A stretch of 64,000 nt of DNA from Botryllus schlosseri (lineage: Eukaryota). Made by a program: the position numbers and the translations under genes. How positions within the stretch are numbered: the first letter of the stretch is position 1; each line of letters opens with the position of its first letter. Below the pieces are notes generated by a model. That model was not told where the DNA came from. It saw only the letters and a program-made list of their open reading frames with translations, and made no database searches. The stretch covers positions 5,272,001-5,336,000 of the forward strand of contig CM119371.1 in the NCBI GenBank assembly GCA_051294905.1, given 5' to 3'. This document shows, piece by piece, positions 1-13,013 of the stretch.

Positions 1-1448
1 GTCTCAAAAATGAGCATGAGAGATACGTAAGCTTACATGGCATGATAGCGAGAGACAAGTAGTAAATATATTCAATGTTGAGGGCGATTACAGGACGGAG
101 CAAGCAGCTAAACATCGTCGTGTTAATGGGTCTTGACGGAGTCGAGTAGTGACAGATGATTTTTACAGTACTGCAATGATACGTTCCTTTACTGAGACGT
201 AATTTTCCAACGCGAAAATTGCAATGACATAGGCGGGGTCGAAAAGTAACATATACTCTTTATTGAGATATAGAACTGCCTGACACAATTATTGGCCTCT
301 AACATACTAGAGTACTAGACAATGTTAGGATAAGAAAATACGAGGCTATTCAAGCCTAACAAAATACACCAACACATTATCGAAACAATGGCAACGCATT
401 AATCTCAAAATATTTTCTTTTACTTAAGTGACGACACGACTAACACTAAGACACAACAAATATACAAATTGTACACAATTTCTAGCCAAAATGCTAGAAA
501 TAACTCAATATTTCCCATTGGTGGCTCGAAAATATCAAGAGTGGCACAACTGCTCACCAAGGGAGGATATCTAACTTCAAACAGGATTCCTGGAAACCAA
601 TATGTACACTTGTACAGGTATGTCATGCTAAAATTGTACTAACCACCTCTGTGTCAGTATAATGCGCGACTCAAGTGGTAAGCAACATACCCTTAGTCCG
701 CTAATATGTACAAGTGTGGCAAATAAAAAGGTACATATATTTCGATCAGTGTGGTACACTGAGCATGATCGACGTATCCTTCAGTCGCGCAGTGCACGTC
801 TACTACTCAATAGCTGAGGGACATCTGCATGCTGTGGTATGTCCAAGGCAGACTTTGTATGGGTCTGGCATGTCTGGCTCTTACTTTCAGGTGTGGTGAA
901 CAGCGTAATATTTGTTTTGGTTCTCGGGCTGGTCTGTCTTTGAACAGATTTCTGGGAATTGTGCTCTCGCAGTACCGTAGCTGGTATTTCGTACGCGGCT
1001 ACGCATTTTGTTGTCAACACTAGTCTGGTCGATTGAATGCTGTAGAGGTCGAGGTCGAGTCGGTCAATTGCGGGTCGGTACCTTTGATTTCGTCAACCGA
1101 AACTCATGCCAGAATTGTTCCCCAAGGATTGAAAACGTTCGATGTCCCTTTCGCTATGAGAGCTCGGATGAACCGGATGCGAATGCTACATCGGAACGTG
1201 CGCGCCAATCTGAAACAGCACACGACAGCCAGCATCACTTTGAAAAGGACTTAAGAACTACGCTCGCTAACTTATAGCGTCAACGACAGACCCAAACAGT
1301 CGACTCTCCAACAGGCCTGGTTCGCATGATATATGCCTAATCGTTGGGCTGAGCAATCACATCTGTGATAGGGATCGTGCACACGATATCGTCACTGGTC
1401 TGAACTATCGCGTCACAGGCACTGCAGGGGCGTCTTACACACGGGAAA

Positions 1449-2714
1449 TTACGGTACACAATTACGGTCACAATAATGAATTTTGGTGCCAGCATGCACC
1501 GCCATATGATGATTGAGGTTGCCCGTAAGAGTAAATGCCTTCCCAAATATATCACAACCACGATTTTTGATGCAAACATGCATATCCATATGTTGCTTGA
1601 GGTGCCTCTTTCTAGTAAATGCTTTCCCACATATATCACAAACATGATTTCTGATACCAGCATGCATATCCATATGAAGCTTGAGGGTACCCTTCTCAGT
1701 GAATGCTTTCCCACATATATCACAAATATGATTTTTTATTCCAGTATGTATATTCATATGACGATTGAGGTGACTCTTACGAGTGAATGCCTTCCCACAT
1801 ATATCGCAAACATGATTTTTGATGCCAGCATGCTTATCCATATGAAGTTTCAAGAAACCTTTCTCAGTGAATGCTTTACCACATATAGCGCATTTATGAT
1901 TTTTAATTCCAGCATGCTTATCCATATGCAAATTGAGGGTACCTCTACGAGTGAATGCTTTACCACATATATCACAAACATGATTTCTGATGCCGGCATG
2001 CATTTCCATATGAAGCTTGAGGTGACTCTTACGAGTGAATGCTTTACCACATACCTCACATTCACTATTGTGTATACCAGCATGCACATCCATATGAAGC
2101 TTGAGGGTACCCTTCTGAGTGAATGCTTTACCACATACATCACATTCATGATTTTTTGTTCCAGTATGCATATGTATATGACGCTTGAGGGTACTCTTCT
2201 CAGTGAATGCTTTACCACATATAGCACATTTATGATTTTTGATGCCAGCATGCATATCCATATGAAGCTTGAGGTGATTCTTACGTATGAATGCTTTACC
2301 ACATATAGCACATGTATGATTTTTGATGCCAGCATGCATATCCATATGACTCTTGAGGTAAGGCTTTTTAGTGAATGATTTCCCACATACATCACATTCA
2401 TGATTATTGATGCCAGTATCCGTATCCATATGACGCTTGAGGTGACCCTTCTTAGTGAATGCTTCTCCATGTAAATCACATTCACGATTGTTTATTCCAG
2501 CATGCACATCCATATGACGCTCGAGGGTACCCTTCTGAGTGAATGCTTCACCACATATATCAGATTCAACATTTTTGATGCCAGCATTCATATTTATATG
2601 TTGCTTGAGGTTACTATTCCCAGTAAATGCTTTCCAATATATATCCAATTGGCGTTCTTTCAAGTTGTGATCAATAGTTGATACTCGATCCAAATCATGC
2701 TTTTCTTTATGACA
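1449..2714 (-). CDS. C2H2 zinc-finger protein, finger-array exon (about 10 intact plus 4 degenerate fingers)
   Basis: ORF 1449-2693 is made of 28-aa CxxC-x12-HxxxH repeats (e.g. CDICGKAFTRKSHLNRHMNIH) with AGIKNH-type linkers. The frame is open up to a pyrimidine-rich TAG at 2715-2717 (minus strand TCTTTTCCGTAG), a plausible splice acceptor. Upstream exons were not identified. Confidence 0.88.
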   Translation of the reverse strand, partial: CHKEKHDLDRVSTIDHNLKERQLDIYWKAFTGNSNLKQHINMNAGIKNVESDICGEAFTQKGTLERHMDVHAGINNRECDLHGEAFTKKGHLKRHMDTDTGINNHECDVCGKSFTKKPYLKSHMDMHAGIKNHTCAICGKAFIRKNHLKLHMDMHAGIKNHKCAICGKAFTEKSTLKRHIHMHTGTKNHECDVCGKAFTQKGTLKLHMDVHAGIHNSECEVCGKAFTRKSHLKLHMEMHAGIRNHVCDICGKAFTRRGTLNLHMDKHAGIKNHKCAICGKAFTEKGFLKLHMDKHAGIKNHVCDICGKAFTRKSHLNRHMNIHTGIKNHICDICGKAFTEKGTLKLHMDMHAGIRNHVCDICGKAFTRKRHLKQHMDMHVCIKNRGCDIFGKAFTLTGNLNHHMAVHAGTKIHYCDRNCVP

Positions 2715-3097
2715 CTACGGAAAAGACTCACCGAGTTTCAGCATTTCAGCATATAAAATTAGTTCGCTTATCGACATCTGCAATGCATGAAAGAGTGGAA
2801 CTATTTTAAACAAAGAGCATTATAAGATTGTAGACGGAGCAATCACCATGACTTCATCAATGATAGTGTAAAAATCATTATATTACATTGTAATGTAGTC
2901 TTATTGTTTAATGTAGGCGGATATCGTCAAGAGCAGTGATTCCCAACCGCGGCCCCCAGCTAGCTTTCTTGCGGCCCCCACAAAAATATTGAGAAATCTA
3001 TTTATGAAAAAAATTATATTTATAAAATACTCTTGCTTGGATTGGAGTCTGGAGTTTTCAATTAGGATTGCAGGAAATTTGTAAGTAGACTGCTAAG

Positions 3098-4272
3098 TAG
3101 GGCGATTTTTTTTTGACCTAAAAAACGGATGATTTTGACCTAAAAAATCTAAATTTTGACTTTTTTTGACCTAAAAATACTGAAATTTGACCAAATTTTG
3201 ACCTCACGTATGCAAATTAGGTGTTTTCGCACATAATGTCAAAATTGTACTGCTTATCTTCATTTCTGGTTGGAACTGTCTGTCCTTACAAAGTAGATTG
3301 GCCTGAAAGAACGTTTTTGGCTCAAAAACTGACACATTTTTACATGAAAAAACTAGTATTTTAACGAAATCTGGCCCTATGAAGAATTGCAGTAGTTACA
3401 TTACGTATTATGGTGGAATAATTAAAACTTGTTGTAGTACAACGAAAGATACTTTCCTACATTCTCGTGTAGAAAGTGTTTGTTTTGTTTGTTTGTTTTG
3501 TGGTATTCATGGTTTGTCAACTACTATGGTCATTTACACCAGGCCGATATTATTCATTATTTTCCGTAACTGCCAACATATAGCATGGTCCACCTCTAGG
3601 ATTTTTTGTAAGACACCGCTTACGCGGATGAGGTGGCGAGGCGGAGCCTAGGTGAACCTCCAACACTTAGCTATCGGAATTATGAAGTCGACCTCGGTCG
3701 GGATCGAACCCACACCCATTGGTGTTGCAGCCGCGGATTATACCACTGCGCTATCTAGGGTAGAAAGTGTCTGTTTTTACTAAGTATAGCTTGCCATGAA
3801 TGGAGAAAGAACGTTCAGCAGCAGCAGTTGTTAGCTGACAACACTGAAGTTGTGTGCACACTGCTTGCTGGCGATGCACCGTGTTGCTTCATTCTGACAA
3901 TGTTGTCTATATCACAATTTTTCAGCTTGCGCTTCTTGATGTAAGAACCATGCGATGCCCAAGCAGTCTTGCTTCAGTTAGGATATTGCGGTACGTTGAC
4001 CATAAAACCATGTCACTATTTGTTTCATTTGACCGTTTATGATTCACAATGAGCAGACGATGGGCCGTTTACAACGGTAGGCCTATCTAGTATAGGCTAC
4101 AGGCTGTAAATTATCAAATGATAAGTTCACAGACAGCGCAAAATCTAAGATACAAACGAAATGTTGAGGTCAAAAAAGGTCTGATTTTGTAAACAATTTT
4201 GACAAATTTTGACCTAACGCTACAATTTTGACCTAATTTTGACTTTTTTGACATGTCAAAAAAATCGCCCTA
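3098..4272. mobile_element. Non-autonomous hAT element with TAGGG termini, nested in 2934-6108
   Basis: TIRs TAGGGCGATTTTTTT..GAC / GTCAAAAAAATCGCCCTA, subterminal TTTTGACC repeats, and an exact 8-bp TSD CTGCTAAG (3090-3097, 4273-4280). Confidence 0.9.
3480..3759 (-). mobile_element. tRNA-derived SINE
   Basis: On the minus strand: A-box TAGCGCAGTGG (3753-3743), B-box GGTTCGATCCC (3710-3700), an (ACAA)n tail, and an 11-bp TSD GTAGAAAGTGT (3469-3479, 3760-3770). Confidence 0.85.
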
Positions 4273-4370
4273 CTGCTAAGATTACGTCACTGCTGTTTCA
4301 ATGCAATGTGCCCTAACTTTCCAGTTGAACGGGCAGTACTAATAGATATAGGTATAGCTATAGGTATTGA

Positions 4371-5662
4371 CCAGACCGTAACTGCTGCACCCCAAGCCCC
4401 CCAATTGGAGGGAGCGAGATCGAAGGGGGACCAAAATTATTTAGTGAATTAGCATAAATTAGAGATTTTTCGCGCAGCGCGCGATTTCAAGTCTCCGAGT
4501 ACCTTAATTACTGGGTACTCTTCGACCAAGATAAAATACGCAAGATTTATAGAAATGGGCATATCGGCGTTGGCCATTACCGCGCCACGACGCACGAAGA
4601 CATATAAAGTTTTAGGCCAGCATGTAACGATTGTAACATGCGACTCCAAGAAGTGTACCAGAACGATCGGCAGCGACAAAACCTTGGCCGAAAGGACTGC
4701 CCTTACGCTGACCGAACACTTTGTTATGTATATTCAAAATACATATAGGTATAATTGACCATAGGCGCCTAAATGACTGGCGCAAAATGTTCCTGTCCTG
4801 GCAATCTGAACGTCACGAGACAAATAGGCTACCATCCCGCAGGGAATAATTATATGCCAGTGAAGAACTACCAATTTGAAATCGTGTGCATCTTTCAGTT
4901 TAGTATGTTTGGGCGATTCTATAATTCTTGATATAGCAGACTGGAGGTCACGAAATAACAAATAACATCATGTAACGAAGTAGTACCTACGGGTCCGCCC
5001 GTCCGAATATGATTAATTATTATTTACGTGCCCTACAGTTTCCAAGACACCTCACTCAGCTCTACCGGTAAATCGGTAATTGATAGCAATATATATATGC
5101 AATTCCTGATCTTATTGACCTATTTTATTTTGAATTATCGAAAATTTTCGCGCTCCATGCTGGCTCACTGAACGGGGATCCTGATTTCGTGACAGAAGCG
5201 AACAACGGCATGTGGGGTCGGTTTATCACCCTATGGGAGCTCAAGACCTAAGTGTTTTGGGGGCCTGACGAAGTGCTGTTTCGTTCCTGCCAACGGGTAT
5301 ACGCCCGAAGATGTTTAATTATTATTGAGTGACACACTACCTTTTCAAGCACAAGTCACTCGGCTCAACTGGTCAATCTGATTACCTGAGCAGAGAGAGG
5401 TTAAAAATTGATAGCAATACATATGAAATTCCCGATTATATTGACCGATTCCATCATGAATTATAGAAATTTTTCGCGCTTGGCGCGATTAGTCGAGAGG
5501 AACTGCCTAAAACGGACAGCCGAGTTACATGATAAATAGTGTTAAACAGCCATCTAGCTTGAGGGGGTCTGGGGGCTTCGAAGTTCTGTTGATCACCCTA
5601 TGGGAGACCCAAGAGAAACTTATTTTTATGGGGGTTGCTGACGAATTGCCGTTACGGCCCTG
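4371..5662. mobile_element. Non-autonomous hAT element; related copies at ~12360-13560 (+) and ~24400-25312 (-)
   Basis: TIRs CCAGACCGTAAC / GTTACGGCCCTG and an exact 8-bp TSD GGTATTGA (4363-4370, 5663-5670). Internal sequence is recognisably shared with the other two copies. Confidence 0.82.
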
Positions 5663-7580
5663 GGTATTGAAAACTAATTTACGGATAGATGTGCAACAAG
5701 TGACTCACGATTGAATACGGCGAGATGCGTACTGCTTAGCCGGCAAAAAGCAGCATGATTGGTAGTCCTATAGCTCGCGACCCAAGCGCCCGAATAATTT
5801 GATATGTCGGTGTTTATCGAAAGCATGCAAGTGTCGCACTGATTCCAAAACTGCGAATTGAAATCTCGCCAGGGCAATAAAACTACTCCGAAATAGCCAG
5901 CAAAGGTTGATTGTTCTGAACAACGGGAGCGCGGCAACACAATGAATGGCCAATGGCGTCAAGCGAGTGATCGGAAAAATGCCAATTTTCATATTTTGGT
6001 GACTATTTTGGGTTCCTTTCATTGCCTAGGTAGGCTATTCGTGCGGCCCCGGCCGTACTCTTAAATTCTAAAATTGGCCCTGCCACCGAAAATGGTTGGG
6101 AACCACTGGTCAAGAGAACTATTGTTATATCAAGTTTAGATTCTGAATCAATTATCAAGATTCGAGATGCAGGTCTTCTTGTTTAATGCAGTCGGATATC
6201 AGCAATGGAATAATCAGTATATCCAGTTTTGATCAATTAAAACGATGAGAAGATAGATATATTGCATTTGCTTCCACTAGCAGTTTAAAGCATATCGATG
6301 TTAAGCATTAAATGCCAAAATAGAAAATAGCTAATATCATCCATCATTGGCCGATGAATTGATCTTGATTTAACTTAGGGATGCATTAATTCGACTTCAG
6401 CATTATAAAATTTATTTTCCTCGATATTGCTTTTTCACCCTCCCGAAACAATCCGCCAATCACCATTTTTCCAAATTAGACTCGAATAGAATTGAAGCTA
6501 TGATAAACAGGTCTTTCCAAATTAGATTACAATTATCTGAATCGGCGAAAACTTGAAATTGAATCAAGTTCCTTTCATTATTAGAGGAACGAAACATTTC
6601 GCTGCACAAGTTGGATTGGCATTAGATTAGTGACATTTTGCTCCAATTAGTCTAATTTAACTAGATCAGGTTGTCCAGGTCTGCTAACAACTATAGACAT
6701 TTACCAACATACTTGAGTCAGGGATATTTTCTGTTTGGTCCTACGTCTGGTGATCAGACAAATTCAAACATTGGTAATGTGATGCATGTTACGATACAGT
6801 GATGACATTTAAAATTAAAATAATATTAGGACGATTGCCGAAGTTCAAGACTTTCACAACAAGTTTCAGAACAATTCAAATTCATTTAGCGTTGAAGAAT
6901 CCATCTTATAAGGGTATTTACAGGCCAAAATCTATGAAGTACTGGTGTATATGGTAGATACGACACATTGATTAGGTAACGATCATTGCTCGTAATAAAT
7001 GCTTTGATGGTAAAGCTCGACTCAATTGATTCTACCTCAAGAAGATTTTTCGCCATTGGAATCTTTCACGCTACCCCATGACGAAGAAGCAGTGGTAAAA
7101 CTAGATCATATACACTGGACTGTAGCAGAACTAGAACATTTTCAACTTTTTTTTCAGATTAGACTAGAATTAGAATTATAGCTAAAGATTTTTTTACAAA
7201 TTAAATTGGAATTATCAAATTCGCAACAGTTGCGAAATTAAATTAAAATCAACATCATAACTTCTTGGTATTCATGCTCATGAATTGGATCTAACTAAAA
7301 ACTAAAACTAGATGGGACACTGTAAAACCCGCAAAACCCACAAAACCTGTGAAACCCGCCAAACCCGCAGCGTGAGTAGCAGGGTTTTGCGGATAAACGC
7401 AGGGTTTTGCGGGTGACAAAGTGGCTTTGGCGGGTGAATAGCAGGGTTTGCGGAGGAATGCCAGGGTTTTGCGGGTGACGAAGTGGGTTTTGCGGTTAAC
7501 CAGCAGGGTTTTGCTGGTGAATACCCTGCTATTCCCCCGCAAAAGCCATCGGCAAACATCTGTTAGATAATCCAATTTCA

Positions 7581-8205
7581 TCATCATCATTGGTTTATTA
7601 CAGATTTTATCAGTTCAATACACCACAAAAAATGCGATACAATGAATAGACAGGAAGATGTCGAAGCGACTTGGATTTGTCTATGGAATCAGACACCCAC
7701 CTTGGCCTAGGCCAGTGGTTCCCAACGTGGGCGATTTGGCGGTCCAGGGGGGCGAAAATGACGAAGGGGGCGATAGGGGGGCGAAAATGGACAAAGGGGG
7801 CGACAGGGGGCGAAATTAGCCAAGGGGGCGATAGGGGGGCGATGACGCGCCAAAACGGCTGACTTTTTTTTTTTTTAGTCATCCACCTAGCAATGCGGAG
7901 AGAAAAACGTTATTTTGAGCTCTGAGCGGAAAAATATGACTTTTTTTTTAGCCAACCCGCCGGTGATTACAGTTTGTATGCCCATTTTTCGGTACACAAA
8001 ATCTGGGGGGGGGGCGATGATCGGTGTTAAGCTTGAAAAGGGGGCGATGGTTCGAAAAAGGTTGGGAACCACTGGCCTAGGCGATGTAAAGAAGAGGCAT
8101 GCACACTGAATGAAAGTAAAGAAGACAGTAGGCTATAGAAAAAGAAAGCGACAAGAATAGGGCGGCATGTCATGGGAGGCGAGATCGATAGGTCAGTCGT
8201 TTCTT
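7581..8205 (-). mobile_element. 3' UTR fragment of a CR1/L2-group LINE, interrupted by a hAT MITE
   Basis: Reverse complement of ~19935-20186, including the AATAAACCAATGATGATGA tail. It is split by the element at 7713-8074. Confidence 0.75.
7713..8074. mobile_element. hAT (Charlie-like) MITE
   Basis: TIRs CAGTGGTTCCCAAC / GTTGGGAACCACTG, internal GGGGGCGA repeats, and an exact TSD GCCTAGGC (7705-7712, 8075-8082). The empty site is visible in the paralogous LINE copy at ~20053. Confidence 0.92.
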
Positions 8206-8306
8206 CTGGAGTTACACATATCGCCTGGTCTTAGAAAAACGTTGCTAGCTAGGTGTCAAGCCCAGTAATCCATATTTCATGGCCTGGTTAAAATTACCAA
8301 CGAAAA

Positions 8307-8520
8307 ATGGCTTGGAATATCGCTAAACCCAATAAATCTGCTAGAGACGGTGTATTTCATTAAAACTCTTAACATACTGTGCGAATATTCGCTGTTTCCG
8401 GAACTTAGCAGCAAGGACAACATCACCTGACAAATTTGGAAGCTACAGTTGTCTGATTCAACCGTGTCCAGAAGAGTAACAGCAATGTCAGTCGATCTTT
8501 TATCGCATGTTCTGAACCAC
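8307..8520 (+). pseudogene. Decayed Charlie/Buster-type hAT transposase fragment
   Basis: Frameshifted peptides MAWNIAKPNKSARDG.. and LQLSDSTVSRRVTAMSVDL resemble the 'IAK.K.P..DGE' and 'LS..TV.RRI..MS.D' motifs of Buster/GTF2IRD2-like transposases. GGCCC subterminal motifs follow at ~9172-9210. Confidence 0.6.
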
Positions 8521-11500
8521 GCTGCCGTGTTTCAGAACATACTTAAGCCTTGCATTGGACGAATCCACCGACTCGACAGACATTACATAGCTAATTATCT
8601 GGGTGCATTTTATCTGAGTGGACATATTTCCAGAGCAAATGCTGGCAGGGCAAACGTGGGGAGGGGACCAGTTAAAAACATCCACTTGACAAAGCTGACT
8701 TATATAACTATATTGGTGCAGGGCTCCAGTCATGGAAGAAAAGGAGGAGAGTTGCTTGGTTTGCTCAGAAATGAGCCCGATCACTGTTGCAAATGGCCGC
8801 TAGGCGATAAGCGGCACATCTTTTTGTTTCGTAAACAACAACAGAGAGCTCAAAGTGATAATGCATGGCCTGCGTAACGAAAAAGCGACCGTAATTTTAT
8901 ATTTGCGCGCTCACGCATCGAAACAGAGAGTTCGGTTCTCTGCTGGAAGGGTTTGAATGTAGGACTTGGCAACGAATGCAATACACCCTCCATGAAGGGA
9001 TTGACTTGCGCCACTGGAAGATACATATTCTCACAAAATACAGCAACTGCAGACTTACGAACGTTGTCCATTAATGCTTTAGAATGCATAAAAATGCCCG
9101 CAAACGACTGGTAAATAGTCTATAGTAGCCTAAATTTAATAGTAGCCCACAAATACACGATAATAATGTTCTGCGGCCCGCAGCGTCTTTTGCTGATAAA
9201 ATGCGGCCCGTTATACGAGTGGTTCTAACTGTGCGAGTTTTGTCACCCGCAAAACCCTGCTATTCCCCCGCGAAAGCCGCTTTGTGACCCGCAAAACCCT
9301 GATAGTTAACCGCAAAACCCGCTTTGTGACCCGAAAAACCCTGCTATTCACCCGCAAAATCCGATTTGCCACCCGCAAAACCTTTCTATTCAGCCGCGTG
9401 ATGTATCAGACGTGCAATGAGATAGATTTTTGTAGTTTATGAGACTGGACGAAAATCCTGGGACCAGAATGCAAGTTTGCGTAAGGGTCCGCCATGTTGC
9501 ATGGTATTCAAATTCATCTTTAACACAACTGACCAAATCTCCATCACTATGATCTGTGGCTACCAAATAGCTGTCTTCATTTGTCCATTTGTCCATTTGT
9601 CCATTTGTTCATTTGCTTTTTATTACATTTTGACAAGAATAGGTTTCAGATGATAGTAAAAGACCCAAGATGACTAATGTGGTGGTTAAAGTTGGTGTGT
9701 TACGACTTAGTTTCCCTAAAGCTCACCAAATTTTCCAGCACATAAAAAAACTCACCATCATATTTAGAGCGAAGTGCACATTTCAGACCAACTTTCATCC
9801 ATATACATTCTGGGTAGTTAAATATACTATTACCGAAAAAGTACATTCTATTATCCAACTGCGAAATGTTCAATAACTGCATGCATGGGCAGTGGGCAAC
9901 TGGCACGGTTACTGAGAGGTTTGGCGCCATCCGAAGGTTTAGGAACGATATCCATATATTTTGAATCGAGTATCAGGCTGTGGAGGATTTCATTGCACTG
10001 TTTAACAAAGCTGTAGGTTGATCACAGTTCACAGACTTCTACCGTGGAATATATTCGACTGGGATCACTAGATTTAATACACTAATCAGATCCCAGTACT
10101 CCATCGTAAAAGCTGCCCTCGATATCAAAGGACAATCCCAAAGACCCAAACCTAGACTTCCGATGTCGACATCGCTACCTTTTTAAATCTCGTGAAATTT
10201 AGCACCTGTATCGATGAGCTAATTCCAAACAGGATCACAGAAGTTACGCCATTTTAAAAATTGACAATTTTCCACTCATTGCGGGTCTGAACAGTACTTT
10301 GTTTTATCAATACATTAATCAAGGTTTAGCTGATGTTGGAAGACAGTTGAGATTTGTCACTTGGATTTCTCGGTAGCTTGTCTGATAGTCTATATGTCAA
10401 AGTGACATTTAAGACCTTACGGCGTAGGGTCAAAGGTTAAATTGAGTGAAAACTTGCTTAATGACCTGGTATGAGTCAAGCATTACAATATTGCTCAAAC
10501 ACATATCAAAATATAAAAACAAGTAGGGTCTCAAGGGGAATTCGTTCAAAGCTGTTTAATTTTGGTCCCAAACCTCTGAAGATATTAAATTGCAGTCTCA
10601 GTCCCCGTCTCTCTCAAACGCACTGCATTTGTGCGCAAAGTTTGGAATATGCTAGACCAGGGGTGGGCAAACTATGGTCCCCGGCCACGTGCGGCCCGAG
10701 ACAACATCTTGTGCAGCCAGTCAAGGCATTGAATATTTTAATAGAAATAATGATAATGCGCAGTTCAAATCTGATCACTAGAGAGACTAGTTTAAACTTT
10801 TTCTTGAGATATTTCATCATGATAATAAGTGATAACCGTATAATATTGCATTTCGAAACATTTCGCTTGCTAAATATCCAGGAAAATCTAATTGTAAATG
10901 AATTAGTTCGTATAACAATTGTGATTTCGGGTTAGAATTCCAACTTTTAGTTCTGTACTTGGAAAACTGATTTTGTGCGTGTTATTTAGATTCGTCCTCT
11001 CATCTATATGCGCAGTTAGGTGCAAATTGTTCCTAACTTCAGCCTCATTTTAATCATAATCAGTTGTTTGAATCAATACGAAACGCGGAAAGTTGAAGAT
11101 GAATGCTTTGTAATGGTTAAAGGATCAACTGATAGGTAGCCTACATCGGTTCCTGCGTCTGAGGTAACACAGTCTAAATTACTTCATTGACGCGCTGTGA
11201 GGTTCGTGACTGGTGAGGCATGGACCCCCCCCACACACACACACAAACACCCACGCAAAGTACCTGATAAAGAGACCCAATATGTGAATACCAAGAACAG
11301 CGGGTATAGGGAGCATTTTCTCTGCGCAGTGATATCCGCTGCAATTCCACATTCTAAAATATAAGTCGTCGGACTGGTCGCTATTGTGCTAAATGGGCAA
11401 GTTTAGACGGATATTAATTACTATCTCTTCAAGTATCGGTATAAATTATCCGAAGCACATGAAAATAGTATCCTTATTTACAGATATTTTTTCAGTAAAA

Positions 11501-13013
11501 AACACTAGATTTGCCTAATTTCGCAAGAAAATACACTAGGACACTAGGTCAAGTCAAAATACACCACATCTAGTGTAAAATCACTAGGAGTGGCACCACC
11601 GACCGCGAACAACGACAACGCAGGCTATGTAAGTATAGCTATCACATACCACAAACACAGCATAAAGGCCACAAAAACGACGATGTAGCCTATGCAAGTA
11701 GCTATCACATGCCACAATTTAACGGAAAGTACATAACAGCTACATAAGTAAGGGACTGAATTTGCTCCGCATTACGTATTGGCGGTCGCTACTATATAAT
11801 TCCTACAGGACTGCTGTATTCCGAAATCCATAGGCAGTTTCGCTGTGTTGCGATTGTCCAATTGTTAGCGAATAGTACATGAGTCAGATTAGTTTGTGCC
11901 TCACCTGGCTATTGTTTCTCTGCGATGGCATTGTTTGTAATAAAACCGAATGTCACCTTCCTTGGCGATTTTGGGGGGGTTCTGGTGCTCTGACACTATT
12001 AATATTTAGATTTTTGGAATGATTGTGACGATCAGACATGGGGTGATTACTTCATGAATGTAATCGATTGCGATTACGATTACTTCAGAATCACGCGATT
12101 ACGATTACGATTACAGCAAAATCAGGAAGTAGTCGATTACGATTACGATTACATTGGAAAAGTAATCATGATTACTCACGATTACATTTATTTTGCTTAT
12201 TCTAAGAACTAAGCTTACGAGATATATTGGAAGACAATATAAGGCCTATTGATTTAACAACTTTCTTTATAAATGATGCGTCAGTTGCTTGTTACGTCAT
12301 AATGTAGTCATTTCCCAACAATCTAGGATTTATCGCACCCAACGATTTGCATTCTTGCCAGCTAAGTCCGTAACTGCCGCAACCAAAAATCACCAATAGG
12401 GTGGGGAGCGAGCTCTAAGTGGAATCAAAAATACTTCGTAAACCAACATAAATTATAGAATATTTTCGAGAGATTTAATTAACTTGAAATTTTTTTCGAG
12501 CTTCGCGATTTAAATGTTTCTAGACTTTTGTGATTCATACCTGTCCCCCTCAAGAAAAAAACATGCATAATTTATCGTAATAGGCATTTGGGAGCCGGTC
12601 ATTACCGCGTCACGACACACCAAAAGACATATGCAGTTTGGGCCAATATGCGACTCCACGGAGTGTGTTACTAAAGAAAGACTTTTCCGAAACTTAGGGT
12701 ATTTGTCCATTGTCAATATCCGCGCTGGGTGGGCGTGACTAATAGTGCTGTCCTTCCAATCTGAGCCCACAATGCAAATGCCAACCGAGGGCACCCACAG
12801 ACGAATATAGACATGACAATTTGTGTGAAAGTCTCACGAAGGTTTTTTTTTTGGTCTGCTATACGTTTGGGCGACTGCAACATCTTTTTATTACTTAAAG
12901 GATCGGAGGTCACGATTTAACAACATACCAGATGGTAATGATTATGAATTACGTCCCCCGGATTTACAAGTAAATCTGACCATCGGGGACTGGAGAGGAT
13001 CAAAAATGATGAT

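Larger units (their letters stand above)
2934..6108. mobile_element. Non-autonomous hAT (Charlie-like) DNA transposon carrying nested insertions
   Basis: Terminal inverted repeats (TIRs) CAGTGATTCCCAACC / GGTTGGGAACCACTG, subterminal GGCCC motifs, and an exact 8-bp TSD GTCAAGAG (2926-2933, 6109-6116). Confidence 0.9.
7366..9398. repeat. Inverted arrays of a ~21-bp minisatellite (CCCGCAAAACCCTGCTATT-like), probably the ends of a foldback element
   Basis: GGGTTTTGCGGG units at ~7366-7540 are mirrored by CCCGCAAAACCC units at ~9236-9398. No clean TSD was found. Confidence 0.6.

Noticed and set aside
1337..2485. Overlapping alternative-frame and antisense ORFs across the ZNF array (also 62523-63613)
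   Set aside because: Shadow ORFs produced by the 84-bp periodicity of the fingers.
3688..3759. Functional tRNA gene
   Set aside because: It has A and B boxes but no convincing cloverleaf, and it is followed by a body, a simple-repeat tail and a TSD, so it is a SINE head.
9390..10200. Possible upstream exons of the first ZNF gene, including a faint zf-AD-like YSFVKQCNE peptide
   Set aside because: Stops are present, the cysteine pattern is incomplete and no splice structure can be supported by eye.
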